Part shown: positions 20,201 to 30,333 of the stretch, piece after piece | How the letters are laid out: the number at the start of each line of letters is the position of its first letter | Position numbering within the stretch: the first letter of the stretch is position 1 | Assembly: GCA_963748015.1 (NCBI GenBank) | Contig: CAVVHE010000009.1 | Span: forward strand, 352,001 to 416,000 | DNA from: Terriglobia bacterium | GTDB taxonomy: Bacteria; Acidobacteriota; Polarisedimenticolia; Polarisedimenticolales; JAIQFR01 | DNA length: 64,000 bases | Direction: 5' to 3' | Program-made: the position numbers and the translations under genes | The notes under the pieces: model-generated | Seen by the model: only the letters and a program-made list of their open reading frames with translations | Database searches by the model: none | Told to the model about the DNA's origin: nothing

Positions 20201-23200
20201 ACCGGGACGTGCTCGAATCCGCCGGCGCCGGACGGCACGGCGTGCAACGACGGGAACGCATGCACGCAAGCCGACGCGTGCGCGGGCGGAACCTGCGCGG
20301 GATCGAATCCGGTGCTCTGTACGGCACTGGACGCGTGCCACGTGGCCGGGATTTGCGATCCGGGGACCGGGACGTGCTCGAACCCATCGGCGCCGGACGG
20401 CACGGTCTGCAACGACGGCAACGCGTGCACGCAGACGGACGCCTGCCAGGACGGCGCCTGCACGGGATCGAACCCCGTGGTGTGCGCCGCACTCGACGCG
20501 TGCCACGTGGCCGGGATCTGCGATCCGACGGCGGGGACCTGCTCGAACCCGCCGGCGCCGGACGGTGGGCCGTGCAGCGACGGAAACGCGTGCACGACGA
20601 ACGACACGTGCTCGAGCGGAGCGTGCGTGGGTGGTCCTCCTCCGAGCTGTGACGATGGCAGCTCCTGCACCGCCGATTCCTGCAATCCGGGCACGGGCTG
20701 CTCGAACACCCCGCTCCCCGACACGGACGGCGACGGCGTGTGCGACGCCATCGACAACTGCCCGGCCGTCCCCAACCCGAATCAGGCCGACGGCGACGGG
20801 GACCTTGTGGGCGATGTTTGTGACGATTGCCCGGGCGTCCCCAATCCCGATCAGGCCGACCTCGACGGGGACGGGATCGGCGAGGCCTGCGAGCTCTGCA
20901 CCAGGCCTCCCTCGGAGATGGTCGCCTGGTGGACGCTCGACGAGACCGCCGGCACCACGGCGTACGACTGGGCCGGATCGAACCACGGCACGATCTCCGG
21001 CGGGCCGTTGCGGATCGCAGGCGAGGTGGGGAACGCCCTGCGCTTCGACGGGACGAACGACGAGGTCCGCGTGCCGGATTCTCCGTCCACCAACTTCGGC
21101 ACGGGCGACCTGTCCATTGACGCATGGATCCGCACGACGGACACCACGCATGTGCCGGGGATCGTAGACAAGAGGACGGTCTCGCCCGAGTACCGGGGGT
21201 ATCACATCTATCTCTACCAGGGGAAGATCGGGTTCCAGCTCGCGGACGGCGGGTACACGAACTGGACTTCCCCGACGGTCGTCGCGACGGGGCAGTGGAC
21301 GCACGTCGCCATCACCGTGGATCGGGACCAGGTCGACGGCGGCCGGTTCTACGTCAACGGCGAGCAGGTCGGGACCTTCGATCCGCGGGGCCGTCAGGGC
21401 ACGCTCACGACCACCGCGCCGCTGTACCTCGGCAGGGGCGCCAATGTCGGCCAAGTATTCCCTGGAGATCTCGACGAGGTCGAGATGTTTCCTCGCGCGC
21501 TCGGCGCGACGGAAATCCAGGACCTGTATCTCTCGGGGAGCCGAGGGAAGTGCAAGCCCTGCGATGCCGTGGACAGCGACGGCGACGGCGTGGGGAACGC
21601 CTGCGACAACTGTCCGACCGTGGGCAATCCCGATCAGCTCGACACGGATCACGACGGCAAGGGCGACGCGTGCGAGTGCCTGAGCGTGACGTGCACGGCG
21701 CTCGACGCGTGCCACGTGGCCGGAACGTGCGACCCGACGACGGGAGCTTGCTCCAACCCGACTGCGCCGGACGGCACGGCATGCAACGACGGGAGCGCCT
21801 GCACTCAGACGGACACGTGCCAGGGCGGCACCTGCATGGGGACGGGCCCGGTCATCTGCACGGCGCTCGACGCGTGCCACGTGGCCGGAATGTGCGACCC
21901 GGCGACGGGAGCCTGCTCGAACCCGCCTGCGCCGGACGGCACGGCATGCAACGACGGGAGCGCCTGCACGCAGACGGACACGTGCCAGGCCGGCGCCTGC
22001 ACCGGGTCGAACCCGATCGTCTGCACGGCGCTCGATACGTGCCACGACGCGGGAGTCTGCGACCCCGCCACCGGCGCATGCTCGAACCCGACCAAGCCCG
22101 ACGGTGCGCCGTGCAGCGACGGCGACGCGTGCACGCAAACGGACACCTGCCAGAGTGGCGCCTGCACGGGGTCGAACCCCGTGGTGTGCACGGCGCTCGA
22201 CGCGTGCCACGTCGCTGGGACGTGCGACCCGGCGACCGGGGCCTGCTCGAACCCGACGGCGCCGAACGGCACGGCGTGTAACGACGGAAACGCATGCACG
22301 ACGACGGATACTTGCCAGGGCGGCACCTGTACGGGGTCGAACCCGGTCGTCTGCATCGCGCTCGACACGTGCCACGACGACGGCGCTTGCAACCCATCCA
22401 CCGGCGAATGCTCGTACTCGACCAAACCCGACGGAGCGCCGTGCAGCGACGGGGACGCATGCACGACCGTGGACTGGTGCCTGGGCGGGGAGTGCCAGCC
22501 CGGGGACCCGGCGATCTGCAACGACGGCAACCCCTGTACGACCGACTCCTGCTCCTCGGCGGTCGGCTGCCAGTACGTTCCGGCTCCCGACGGCACGGCG
22601 TGCAACGACGGCAACTCCTGCACGCAGACGGACACGTGCCAGGCCGGCTCCTGCACGGGATCGAACCCGGTCGTCTGCACGGCGCTCGACACCTGCCACG
22701 ATCCGGGAGTCTGCAACCCCTCCACCGGCGCGTGCTCCAACCCGACCAAGCCAGACGGAGCGCCGTGCAGCGACGGGAACGCTTGCACGACCGTCGACTG
22801 GTGCCTGAGCGGGCAGTGCCAGCCCGGGGACTCTGCTATCTGCAACGATGGCAACCCCTGCACCACCGACGGCTGCTCGCCGGCGGTCGGCTGCCAGAAC
22901 GTCCCGCTTCCCGACTCCGACGGCGACGGCGTGTGCGACGCCCACGACAACTGCCCGGCCGTACCCAACCGGGATCAGGCCGACGTCGACGGGGACGGGA
23001 TCGGCGACGCTTGCGACTTCCCCTCCGACGAGAACATCGACCCGGACCACGACGGGTCGAGATACGCATGGTCCGAGAATATGGGGTGGATCAACCTGCA
23101 GCCGCTCGGCCCCGGCGGGCCCGGCGTGCACGTCTCGGACTCGGGCCTGACCGGCTGGATGTGGTCGGAGAACGCGGGGTGGATCAGCCTATCGTGCACG

Positions 23201-23806
23201 AACCGGTCGTGCGCCGCCCTAAGCTACGGGGTAACCAACGACGGGTGCGGCGTGCTCGCGGGCTACGCGTGGTCGGAGAACGCGGGGTGGATCAACTTCT
23301 CGCCCTCGACGTGCGGCGGGGATCCCACCTGCGGCGTCAAGATCGATCCGGCGACGGGAATCTTCAGCGGGCGGGCGTGGTCGGAGAACGCGGGATGGAT
23401 CACGTTCTCGTCCACGGGCCCCAACCCTTACCGGGTCAGGACCGGTTGGCGTGGAGCCGCCCCCGCGGGATCGAACGATCTGACCTTGAGCAGGACGGGT
23501 CCGACCGTCGCGGTGATCCAGTACACCGCCGTGCCCGGCGCAACGGCCTACGACGTCGTCTACGGCGACCTCGTCTTGCTCCGCAGCTCCTTCGGGAACT
23601 TCCAGCTCGTAACGCTTGGCCCGGTCGTGTGTCACACGTCCGGGGGGTCGGTCACGCAGAGCGGAAATCCGAGCGTGGGCGGCGGATTCTGGTTCCTCGT
23701 GCGCGTCCGCGGTTGCGGCGGCGCGGGGAGCTACAACTCCGGCGCGCCTAAGCAGGTCGGCTCGCGGGACGCCGAAATCGCGGCTTCGGGACAGGACTGC
23801 CCCTGA
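17294..23806 (+). CDS. Giant secreted multidomain adhesin: NHL propeller, FG-GAP/VCBS propeller, Cys-rich repeats, thrombospondin type-3 repeats, Lam[10 protein letters not shown] repeats, C-terminal domain
   Basis: Signal peptide at [10 protein letters not shown]; GNGQFxxPxxVAVD, GDVNGDGxxD, DxDGDGVCDxxDNCP and WTHVAITVD...LDEV motifs. Confidence 0.9.
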   Translation: MRKHPALLFFASLLLLLGMSSTALAQSPPPYLQQWGSPGAGNGQFDTPQEVAIDSNGNVFAADYWNRRIQKFSSSGTYLLQWGSFGEEDGQFYEPYGIAVDDSGNVFVSDNGLHRVQKFTNNGTFVATWGSYGTGNGEFSGPVGICVDHAGNVYVAEQYNNRIQKFSNAGVFVAKWGATGVGDGQFVQPYDVAVDASGNIFVAELGNSRMQKLTSGGVFVTKWGGAGSADGQFGEARSVAVDSSGNVYVADAGNNRIEVFTNGGAFMTQWGSPGTGNGQFSHPDGVATDASGDIYVSDTANYRIQEFGPLCLDPCSDGNSCTQTDSCQNGVCVGGNPVTCTALDTCHVAGTCDPATGACSNPPVPDGTACTDGNTCTETDRCQAGVCLGAAISCDDGNPCTDDACSPVFDFAPRVDFTTGNTPRSVAIGDVNGDGKSDVAVADYNSNTVSVLLGDGFGGFGPKTAFATGSYPASVAMGDVNLDGNTDLVVSNLLSDTISVLPGDGAGAFGPKTDFPTGRAPYSMVIGDVNGDGHSDVVAANMTSNTVSVLLGNGAGGFGPKADFATGSEPAAVAIGDVNLDGKADLVVANYISSTVSVLLGNGVGGFGARTDFVTGTYPQSVAIGDVSGDGKADLVVANYLSDTVSVLPGDGVGGFGARTDIAMGSVFHPRSVVISDLNGDGSVDIVVGSQSFSLVSALLGDGAGGFAPKRDFVVASPLLSLAVGDVSGDGRLDVVAANFQSNTISVLLNLTGTCVHTNNTGPCDDNNACTRTDTCQSGDCAGSNAVVCTALDACHAAGICDPGTGTCSNPSAPDGTTCSDGDACTQTDTCQSGACTGSNAVVCTALDACHVAGTCDSATGTCSHPPAPDGTACNDGNACTQADACAGGTCAGSNPVICTALDACHEAGICDSGTGTCTNPSAPDGTVCNDGNSCTQTDACQDGACTGSSPVVCAALDACHVAGICDPGTGTCSNPPAPDGTACNDGNACTQADACAGGTCAGSNPVLCTALDACHVAGICDPGTGTCSNPSAPDGTVCNDGNACTQTDACQDGACTGSNPVVCAALDACHVAGICDPTAGTCSNPPAPDGGPCSDGNACTTNDTCSSGACVGGPPPSCDDGSSCTADSCNPGTGCSNTPLPDTDGDGVCDAIDNCPAVPNPNQADGDGDLVGDVCDDCPGVPNPDQADLDGDGIGEACELCTRPPSEMVAWWTLDETAGTTAYDWAGSNHGTISGGPLRIAGEVGNALRFDGTNDEVRVPDSPSTNFGTGDLSIDAWIRTTDTTHVPGIVDKRTVSPEYRGYHIYLYQGKIGFQLADGGYTNWTSPTVVATGQWTHVAITVDRDQVDGGRFYVNGEQVGTFDPRGRQGTLTTTAPLYLGRGANVGQVFPGDLDEVEMFPRALGATEIQDLYLSGSRGKCKPCDAVDSDGDGVGNACDNCPTVGNPDQLDTDHDGKGDACECLSVTCTALDACHVAGTCDPTTGACSNPTAPDGTACNDGSACTQTDTCQGGTCMGTGPVICTALDACHVAGMCDPATGACSNPPAPDGTACNDGSACTQTDTCQAGACTGSNPIVCTALDTCHDAGVCDPATGACSNPTKPDGAPCSDGDACTQTDTCQSGACTGSNPVVCTALDACHVAGTCDPATGACSNPTAPNGTACNDGNACTTTDTCQGGTCTGSNPVVCIALDTCHDDGACNPSTGECSYSTKPDGAPCSDGDACTTVDWCLGGECQPGDPAICNDGNPCTTDSCSSAVGCQYVPAPDGTACNDGNSCTQTDTCQAGSCTGSNPVVCTALDTCHDPGVCNPSTGACSNPTKPDGAPCSDGNACTTVDWCLSGQCQPGDSAICNDGNPCTTDGCSPAVGCQNVPLPDSDGDGVCDAHDNCPAVPNRDQADVDGDGIGDACDFPSDENIDPDHDGSRYAWSENMGWINLQPLGPGGPGVHVSDSGLTGWMWSENAGWISLSCTNRSCAALSYGVTNDGCGVLAGYAWSENAGWINFSPSTCGGDPTCGVKIDPATGIFSGRAWSENAGWITFSSTGPNPYRVRTGWRGAAPAGSNDLTLSRTGPTVAVIQYTAVPGATAYDVVYGDLVLLRSSFGNFQLVTLGPVVCHTSGGSVTQSGNPSVGGGFWFLVRVRGCGGAGSYNSGAPKQVGSRDAEIAASGQDCP
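19575..22900 (+). repeat. Intragenic 165-bp (55-aa, 8-Cys) tandem repeats in two blocks flanking the LamG domain
   Basis: ccggacggcac at 19733 and 19898 (165 bp apart); near-identical 330-bp duplication at 19891/20221; ~324-bp duplication at 22431/22755. Confidence 0.85.
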
Positions 23807-23830
23807 ACGGGGCGTTGGGATGAGAAAGGA

Positions 23831-24505
23831 ATGGAGAACATGAAGAACACGATCATGAAGGTCTCGGTGCTCGTCGCGGCATTGGCCACGTTTGGATCGT
23901 CATTCGCGGGAACCCTCGATCCTCCGGGGCCCCCGGCTCCGACGATGGTCACGCTGCAGCAGATCTACGACAAGATCGGCGCGGGTGCCGTTGGGGTGCC
24001 CAAGACGGGTGCGACAGCGTGCTGGGATGCATCCGGCTCCCCCATCTCTTGCGCCGGCACGGGCCAGGACGGCGAGCTCCAGCGAGGCGTCTCGATTTCC
24101 CCTCGCTTCACCGACAACAGCAACGGCACGGTGAGGGACAACCTGACGGGGCTGATCTGGTTGAAGAACGCGAGCTGTTTCGGGGAGCAGACTTGGCCCA
24201 ATGCATTGGCTCTGTCGAACACGTTGGCGAGCGGGACGTGCGGCCTGACGGACGGCTCGGCCGCGGGCGCATGGCGGTTGGCGAACATCAAGGAGCTGCA
24301 GAGTCTGATCGACTGGGGCCACCTCAGCCCGGCGCTCCCCGCGGGTCATCCGTTCACCGGCGTGTCGATCCTGTGGTACTGGTCGTCGACCACCCAACCG
24401 GACAACCCCGGCGCCGCGTGGCGCGTCTTCCTTAACTACGGCTTCATCGAGGGCGACTACAAGAGCAACGTCGCCTACACGTGGCCCGTCCGCGGCGGAC
24501 AGTGA
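23831..24505 (+). CDS. Secreted DUF1566 (Lcl C-terminal domain) protein
   Basis: PKTG...GTGQDG...RFTDNSNGTVRDNLTGLIW...WRLANIKELQSL...YWSST. Confidence 0.88.
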   Translation: MENMKNTIMKVSVLVAALATFGSSFAGTLDPPGPPAPTMVTLQQIYDKIGAGAVGVPKTGATACWDASGSPISCAGTGQDGELQRGVSISPRFTDNSNGTVRDNLTGLIWLKNASCFGEQTWPNALALSNTLASGTCGLTDGSAAGAWRLANIKELQSLIDWGHLSPALPAGHPFTGVSILWYWSSTTQPDNPGAAWRVFLNYGFIEGDYKSNVAYTWPVRGGQ

Positions 24506-24641
24506 CGTTTGGCGATTCCGGGATTCCGCCGGCGGGTGCCGGGCGCGGCCGCCGCGGTGACGGCGCTGGTTCTTCGAGCCTCACGAGGCTATCTTTCCGA
24601 GCGTCGGCGCTCTAGGCGCGAGCGACGTTCGGGGAGGGCTC

Positions 24642-25259
24642 ATGAGGCTGATGCGGATCCTCGGAGCGTCGGTGCTGGCGGTCACCTCGATCGCCGCGGC
24701 GGAGCGCCACGTGGAGATCGCTCCCTCGCTGGGCTTCCGCAGCGGCGCGAGCCTCGACTCGACCACGGCTGGAATCGCGAGCGCCGAGGCGGACGCGGCG
24801 CTTTCGTGGGGTCTGTCCGTGGGTTGGAAGGTGCGGCCCGACGGCTGGCTCGAGGTGCTCTTCGACCACCAGACGCTCGAATTCACGCAGAGCGCGGGCT
24901 CGGACCCGCACCGGTTCGACGTCGGGGTGGACTACCTCCAGTTCGGGGGAGGGTACGAGCCGCCGCGGGAGGGGATGAGGCCGTACGTGACGGCCGCCGT
25001 CGGGCTCGGCTGGTTCGGCTCGGATCCCGGCTCGGTGGGCGAATCCACCGGGCTGTCGGGGTCGATCGGCGGCGGGTTCAAGGTGCCGGTCGGCAAGAAG
25101 GTCCTCTTCCGTCTCGAGGGGCGGGCCTGGGCCATGCTCACCAGCGGGGCCCTCGCCGTCGACTGCGGGCCGGGTTGCCGGTTCTCGCTCAGCGGCGAGG
25201 GATTCTGGCAGGTCGGCGTGCGAGCCGCCGTCGCGTTCTGCCCTTCGGGAGCACGGTGA
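24642..25259 (+). CDS. Small outer-membrane beta-barrel protein
   Basis: Signal peptide and alternating amphipathic strands (PYVTAAVGLGWF, GGGFKV, RLEGR). Confidence 0.7.
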   Translation: MRLMRILGASVLAVTSIAAAERHVEIAPSLGFRSGASLDSTTAGIASAEADAALSWGLSVGWKVRPDGWLEVLFDHQTLEFTQSAGSDPHRFDVGVDYLQFGGGYEPPREGMRPYVTAAVGLGWFGSDPGSVGESTGLSGSIGGGFKVPVGKKVLFRLEGRAWAMLTSGALAVDCGPGCRFSLSGEGFWQVGVRAAVAFCPSGAR

Positions 25260-25304
25260 CCGGTCGCTTCGGACCCGCCGGGCGTGCTCCTTCCCGCCGT
25301 CTCG

Positions 25305-26489
25305 CTACTGATACGCCGGCTTGCCGGTGATCCGGTCTCCGAGGATCAGGGTGTGGATGTCGTCGGTGCCTTCGTAGGTGTAGACCGCCTCGATGTTGCA
25401 GAAGTGCCGGGCGATCGGGTACTCGTGCATGATCCCGGAGGCGCCGAGGATCTCGCGGGCGGCGTGGGCGGCGTTGCGGGCGGTGCGGCAGCCGTTTCTC
25501 TTGGCCATCGAGACCTGGGCGAAGTCGGCGCGCCCCTGGTCCTTGAGCCGGCCGAGGCGGAGGTTCAGGAGCTGCCCCTTCGTGATCTCGGTCAGCATGT
25601 CGGCGAGCTTCGCCTGCTGGAGCTGGAACGACGACACCGGGCGGCCGAAGACGATCCGCTCGTCGGCGTAGCGCAGCGCCGTCTCGTAGCACGCGGCGGC
25701 CATGCCGATCGTCCCCCACGCGATCCCGTACCGCGCCTGCGTCAGGCACATCAGGGCGTGCTTGAGCGACCCGGTCTCGGGGAGCAGCGCGTCGTCCGGC
25801 ACCTCGCAGTCGTCGAAGAACAGCTCCGACGTCGTCGAGGCGCGGAGCGAGAACTTCCCCTTGTAGTCGCGGGCCGTGAACCCGGGCGTTCCACGCTCGA
25901 CGAGGAAGCCGCGGATGCCGTCTTCGGTCTTCGCCCAGACGACGGCGACGTCGGCGACCGTGCCGTTCGTGATCCACGCCTTGGCGCCGTTGATCACCCA
26001 CCCCTTGCCTCGCTTCTCGGCGCGGGTCAGCATCGTCCCCGGGTCGGAGCCGTGGTCGGCCTCGGTGAGTCCGAAGCAGCCGATTGCCTCGCCGGCCGCG
26101 AGGCGCGGCAGCCACTTCTCCCGCTGCGCCTCGTTGCCGAAGGCGTGGATCGGGTACATCACGAGCGACGACTGGACGGACACGAACGAGCGGAGGCCGG
26201 AGTCGCCGCGCTCGAGCTCCTGGCAGATCAGGCCGGAGACGACCGCGTTCGCCCCCGCGCAGCCGTACCCCGAGATGGTCGAGCCGAGGAGGCCCATCTC
26301 GGCGATCTGCGGGATCAGTTCCGACGGGAACCGGTCGTTCATGAAGGCCTCGTCGAGGATCGGGAGCGCCTTCTCGTTCACGAAGTTCCGGACGGCGTCG
26401 CGGATCAGCCGCTCCTCGTCGGACAGCTCGGCGTCCAGGTCGAAGAAATCCACGCCGCGAGCAGAGCCTCCGGTCGGACGGTCTTTCAT
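25305..26489 (-). CDS. gcdH: Glutaryl-CoA dehydrogenase (decarboxylating type)
   Basis: ELERGDSGLRSFVSVQSSLVMYPI, GCFGLTEADHGSDPG, YTYEGT (Tyr before the catalytic Glu). Confidence 0.88.
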   Translation of the reverse strand: MKDRPTGGSARGVDFFDLDAELSDEERLIRDAVRNFVNEKALPILDEAFMNDRFPSELIPQIAEMGLLGSTISGYGCAGANAVVSGLICQELERGDSGLRSFVSVQSSLVMYPIHAFGNEAQREKWLPRLAAGEAIGCFGLTEADHGSDPGTMLTRAEKRGKGWVINGAKAWITNGTVADVAVVWAKTEDGIRGFLVERGTPGFTARDYKGKFSLRASTTSELFFDDCEVPDDALLPETGSLKHALMCLTQARYGIAWGTIGMAAACYETALRYADERIVFGRPVSSFQLQQAKLADMLTEITKGQLLNLRLGRLKDQGRADFAQVSMAKRNGCRTARNAAHAAREILGASGIMHEYPIARHFCNIEAVYTYEGTDDIHTLILGDRITGKPAYQ

Positions 26490-26491
26490 CT

Positions 26492-26956
26492 TCAACGCGC
26501 CTCGGGGACGCGCAGCTCGAGGACGAGCCGCGGAACGGGGACGAAGCCGGCCTTCGCGAAGAACTCGGTCAGGTCGAACTCGTCCCAGGAAACCTCGGTC
26601 CGGAGCCGCTCGATGCGGAGCGCCGCGAGGTTGAGAAGAAGCTGCTGGAGCATGGCGGTCGCGACGCCCCGCCGGCCGAAGGCGGGATCCACCAGGACGG
26701 TGTCGAGGATCGCGACCGGCTCCGGCTGCCCGAACTCGCCGTAGTGGACCGATCCTAGGAGCGCCCCCACGAGGCAGCCGTCGATCTCGGCGCCGAGCGA
26801 GATCTTGACGTCCGCGTCCTCGAGGGCGCGCTTGATCTTTCCCTCGTACCAGGCCGTCCGGTTCCGGCCGCTGATCGCCTGGTCCATGCGAACCAGGCGC
26901 GCGCAGTCCTCGGGCTTCAGAGCGCGGACGACCGCTTCGCTGCTTTCGAAGTCCAT
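26492..26956 (-). CDS. GNAT N-acetyltransferase (BadL-like)
   Basis: VDPAFGRRGVATAML acetyl-CoA-binding motif; inside the bcr operon. Confidence 0.8.
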   Translation of the reverse strand: MDFESSEAVVRALKPEDCARLVRMDQAISGRNRTAWYEGKIKRALEDADVKISLGAEIDGCLVGALLGSVHYGEFGQPEPVAILDTVLVDPAFGRRGVATAMLQQLLLNLAALRIERLRTEVSWDEFDLTEFFAKAGFVPVPRLVLELRVPEAR

Positions 26957-27786
26957 GCCACACCTTCCTGTCCCAGCTTACGATGCCGGTACCCGCCCCA
27001 GACCGCCGCGCCGATCGCCCCCGCGGCGATCGCCAGCTCGTGCGTCGCCAGCTCGAACGGCCGCTTGGTCGCGGCCGCGTGCTTCCCCAGCGCGTCGCGG
27101 AGCGCCGCGACCAGCCCCACGTCCTGGGCCAGGCCGCCGCTGACGAAGATCGCCCCCTTGACGTCGAGCGACCGCAGGAGCCGCGCGAACCTCTCCGCCA
27201 TGCTCTCGTGGATGCCGCGGAGGATGTTCTGCGTCGAGATCCCGCGCGAGACCATGTTGATCACGTCGGTCTCGGCGAGCACGGCGCAGATCGAGCTGAC
27301 CATCTCCGGCGTCTTTCCCTCGAGCGAGAGGGGGCCGACCTCCGCCTGCGAGACGCCCAGGTAGCGGGCGATGTTCTCGAGGAACTGCCCCGACCCCGAC
27401 GCGCACTGGCTGGTCATCTTATAGTCGAGCACCCGGCCCCGCTCGTCCATCACCACCGCGCGCGCGTGCAGCGCGCCGACGTCGAGGACGGCGCGGGCGC
27501 ACGGCACGAGGAACAGGGCCCCCCGCGCGTGGGCCGTCATCCCGTAGAAGTGGCCGGTGGCGAACGGGATGTCCTCCCCCTCGCCGGTCGTCGCGACGTA
27601 GTGGATCTCGTCGACACCCGAGGACGCGACCGCGTTCTCGAAGACTTCCTCGACGACACGCCCGACGTCGCGCCGCCGGATGCGCGACGAGGCGTGGGCG
27701 AGGAGGGTCTCGCCGTCCTCGCCGCATCGCATCACGACGGCCTTGACGGCGCCGCTGCCGACGTCGATTCCCGCGGTGACGCTCAT
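26917..27786 (-). CDS. bcrD: Benzoyl-CoA reductase subunit D (ASKHA ATPase)
   Basis: [49 protein letters not shown]. Confidence 0.92.
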   Translation of the reverse strand: MSVTAGIDVGSGAVKAVVMRCGEDGETLLAHASSRIRRRDVGRVVEEVFENAVASSGVDEIHYVATTGEGEDIPFATGHFYGMTAHARGALFLVPCARAVLDVGALHARAVVMDERGRVLDYKMTSQCASGSGQFLENIARYLGVSQAEVGPLSLEGKTPEMVSSICAVLAETDVINMVSRGISTQNILRGIHESMAERFARLLRSLDVKGAIFVSGGLAQDVGLVAALRDALGKHAAATKRPFELATHELAIAAGAIGAAVWGGYRHRKLGQEGVAWTSKAAKRSSAL

Positions 27787-29060
27787 GCCTCCACCATCCT
27801 GCGGGCGAAGAGGGCCGCGCCCAAGGCACCGGTGTAGATGCTCTCGGCGGAGATGTTCGTGTGGATCTCGCCGTAGTTGTCCTGGATCAGGCCGCGGAGC
27901 GCGCGGACCGCGGCCGGGTTGTGCGCAACGCCGCCCGTGAACGTGAACTCCTCGAAGACACCCCCCGACCGCGCGAGAAGGCTCATCGCCCTCAGGATGA
28001 TCGCGCGGTGGAGCCCCGCGAGGATGTCCTCGCGCGCCTCGCCGAGGGAGAGGAGCTCGCGCAGCTCGGCCCCCGCGAACACGGTGCAGGTCGAGTTGAT
28101 CTTCACGCAGCGGCGCGACGTCTCGGCCAGGGGGCCGAGCTCGTGGAGGCCCAGGTTCATCTCGTCGGCGATGTATCCGAGGTAGCGGCCGCACCCGGCG
28201 GCGCACCGGTCGTTCATCTGGAAGCTCGTGACGATGCCCTTCCCGTCCACCTGGATCGCCTTGGTGTCCTGGCCGCCGATGTCGAGCACCGTGCGGGTCC
28301 CGGGGAACATCGCGTGGGCGCCGAGGCCGTGGCAGAGGATCTCGGAGCGGATCTGCTCCTTGGGGAACGGGAGGCGCGCGCGGCCGTAGCCGGTCCCCAC
28401 GGTCGCCGTCTCGTCGAGACTCGCCGACGCCGTGGCCTCGACCCCCGCCCTGAGCTCCGGCGGGGAGCCGAGGCGCGCGAGCGCGGCGCCGATGTGATCG
28501 CGGAACCCCATCTCCAGCGGCTCGTTCTCGGCCCGGATGATGCACTTGTCGTAGAGACCGACGAGCAGGTCGAAGGTGATGCCCGTCGGCTCCGCGAGCT
28601 CCTCGGCGATCCGCGTGAACGCCGAGCCGGCGAGATCGCGGAAGAAGTCGGACTTCCGGGCGAGGGCGGGCTCCCGGAAGCGCCTTTCCTCCTCCTCCGC
28701 GATTCTCCGGCAGATCTCCCCGACCGCCCGTGCCAGCGGCTCGCGGAGGGGGGCGGGGGCGGAGCGCTCGACCTCCTCGCCCATGAGAGCGTGGAGGCGG
28801 CGAAGCTGGTGGAGGGTCTGCTCGAGGAGGAACGCCCGCCGCAATCTCGCGACCGCCTCCGGCCCCGCCGCCTTCTCCACCTCGCGGCGGAGCAGGCCGA
28901 AGCGGGCGCTGATGAGCGCCTCGCTGCGGGCGACCGACGCGGCGAGGTCGTAGTTCGAGCGGGAGTTCGTGATGCCGCGGCCGAGCACCTCGCGGTTCTC
29001 CGCGAGGACGACCGCCTTCGTGGTCGTGGAGCCGAGGTCGATGCCGACGAAGCAGTTCAT
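27783..29060 (-). CDS. bcrA: Benzoyl-CoA reductase subunit A (ASKHA ATPase)
   Basis: [56 protein letters not shown]. Appears fused to bcrB in this assembly. Confidence 0.92.
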   Translation of the reverse strand: MNCFVGIDLGSTTTKAVVLAENREVLGRGITNSRSNYDLAASVARSEALISARFGLLRREVEKAAGPEAVARLRRAFLLEQTLHQLRRLHALMGEEVERSAPAPLREPLARAVGEICRRIAEEEERRFREPALARKSDFFRDLAGSAFTRIAEELAEPTGITFDLLVGLYDKCIIRAENEPLEMGFRDHIGAALARLGSPPELRAGVEATASASLDETATVGTGYGRARLPFPKEQIRSEILCHGLGAHAMFPGTRTVLDIGGQDTKAIQVDGKGIVTSFQMNDRCAAGCGRYLGYIADEMNLGLHELGPLAETSRRCVKINSTCTVFAGAELRELLSLGEAREDILAGLHRAIILRAMSLLARSGGVFEEFTFTGGVAHNPAAVRALRGLIQDNYGEIHTNISAESIYTGALGAALFARRMVEA

Positions 29061-30333
29061 GCCGCCGATCCGCGTGCGGCGCGCGTCGATCATCTGGAAG
29101 TAGCTCTCGAGGCGGTTCTTGATGTTCGCCGCCGAGAAGTAGCGCGGGTCCACGAGGTCCGACTCGATGAACGCCCCGGGCACGCCGGTCCGGCTCTCCA
29201 CCTCGCGAAGCATCATGAGCTGCCCCGCCGAGAAGGAGTTGCAGGACTTCACGGAGTTGATCAGGAAGCCGTCGGCCGAGTACTCGCGGACGTAGGTCGC
29301 GAGCATCTCGACCCGCGACGGGAGATTCAGGTTCGTGTAGCAGCCGCTGCAGTAGTCGGCCATGGTGCCGATCGGGTCCTTCGGGTCGTGCCGGAAGCCG
29401 AAATCGTACGTGCCGCCGACCTTGCTGTAGGTCGAGGCGACCACCACCGCCCCCTCGTCCGCGAACATCTTCCAGAAGTCCCGGAAGTGGGTCCAGTTCG
29501 GCGGCCCCTCGATCACGAGGCGGTACTTCTGGTCGTCGAGCGATCCCTCCGGCGTGATCGGGCCCAAGCCCGCCGCGGCGCGGGCCTCGACCTCCTCGCG
29601 GAGCGCTCGGTAGTACTCCACCCCTTCCTCGGTGCCGCGGAACGCGCTGAAGATCGGCCCGACGTAGTAGACCGCGCCGAAGTACCCGTCGATCGGGCTG
29701 GGGCGGCGCTTGGCGGAGTGGAGCACGGCGACCAGGTCGTCCTCGGCCCGCGCCGACAGGCCGAGGAGCTCGCTGAGCCTGTCCTCGTCGTACGCCCTGC
29801 CGGTGGCCTTCTCGAGCGCCGGGATCACCGCGTCCCTGGAGCTGCCGGATCATGTACTCGCGCTGCTGCGGCTCCAGCTTCCCGTCCCCCTGGTACGGGA
29901 CGTGGAAAAGCACGGTCGGGCAGTCGTACTCCTCGCGGAGGAGCTCGAACCACTTCATGAACGTGTAGCAGCCGGTGTAGGAGAGCAGGAGGAGGTCCGG
30001 CTTCGGCAGGCGGGTGCCCGCGGGGCCGATGTTGCCCGACTTCAGCATGCCGAGGTCGCACTTCACGTAGGTGCAGACGTCCTCGGAGTGGCCGGACCGC
30101 TCCGCCTCGGCGATGTAGTCCGCCGACTGCTTCCGCATCCCGGATTGAAGCGCGTTGATCTCCGGCAGCACGGGGAGCGCGCCGAACGACCGTATCAGCT
30201 CCGTGAGGTTGCCCGGGACGAAGGTGTAGACCACGGGCTCCCGGGTCTCGGGGGCCTTCTCGAGCCGCTTGAAATGCCGCTCGATCATCTCCTTCTGCAA
30301 GACCATCGAGCGATCCTTCTGAACTTCGGCCAT
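29057..30333 (-). CDS. bcrB: Benzoyl-CoA reductase subunit B, with two apparent +1 indels (~29838 and ~29078)
   Basis: YTFVPGNL...EDVCTYVK...SYTGC in one frame; GPPNW...CYTNLNL...[12 protein letters not shown]...[11 protein letters not shown] in another. A TGA overlaps the bcrA ATG. Confidence 0.88.

Noticed and set aside
19575..22900. Possible CRISPR array or DGR-type repeats
   Set aside because: The repeats are in-frame coding units with no unique spacers, no adenine-specific variation is evident, and no cas or reverse transcriptase gene is present.
27783..29828. Apparent BcrB-BcrA fusion ORF
   Set aside because: A TGA overlaps the bcrA ATG (GCATGA) one base out of frame, the usual operon coupling, and the window has several other indels; an artefact is more likely.
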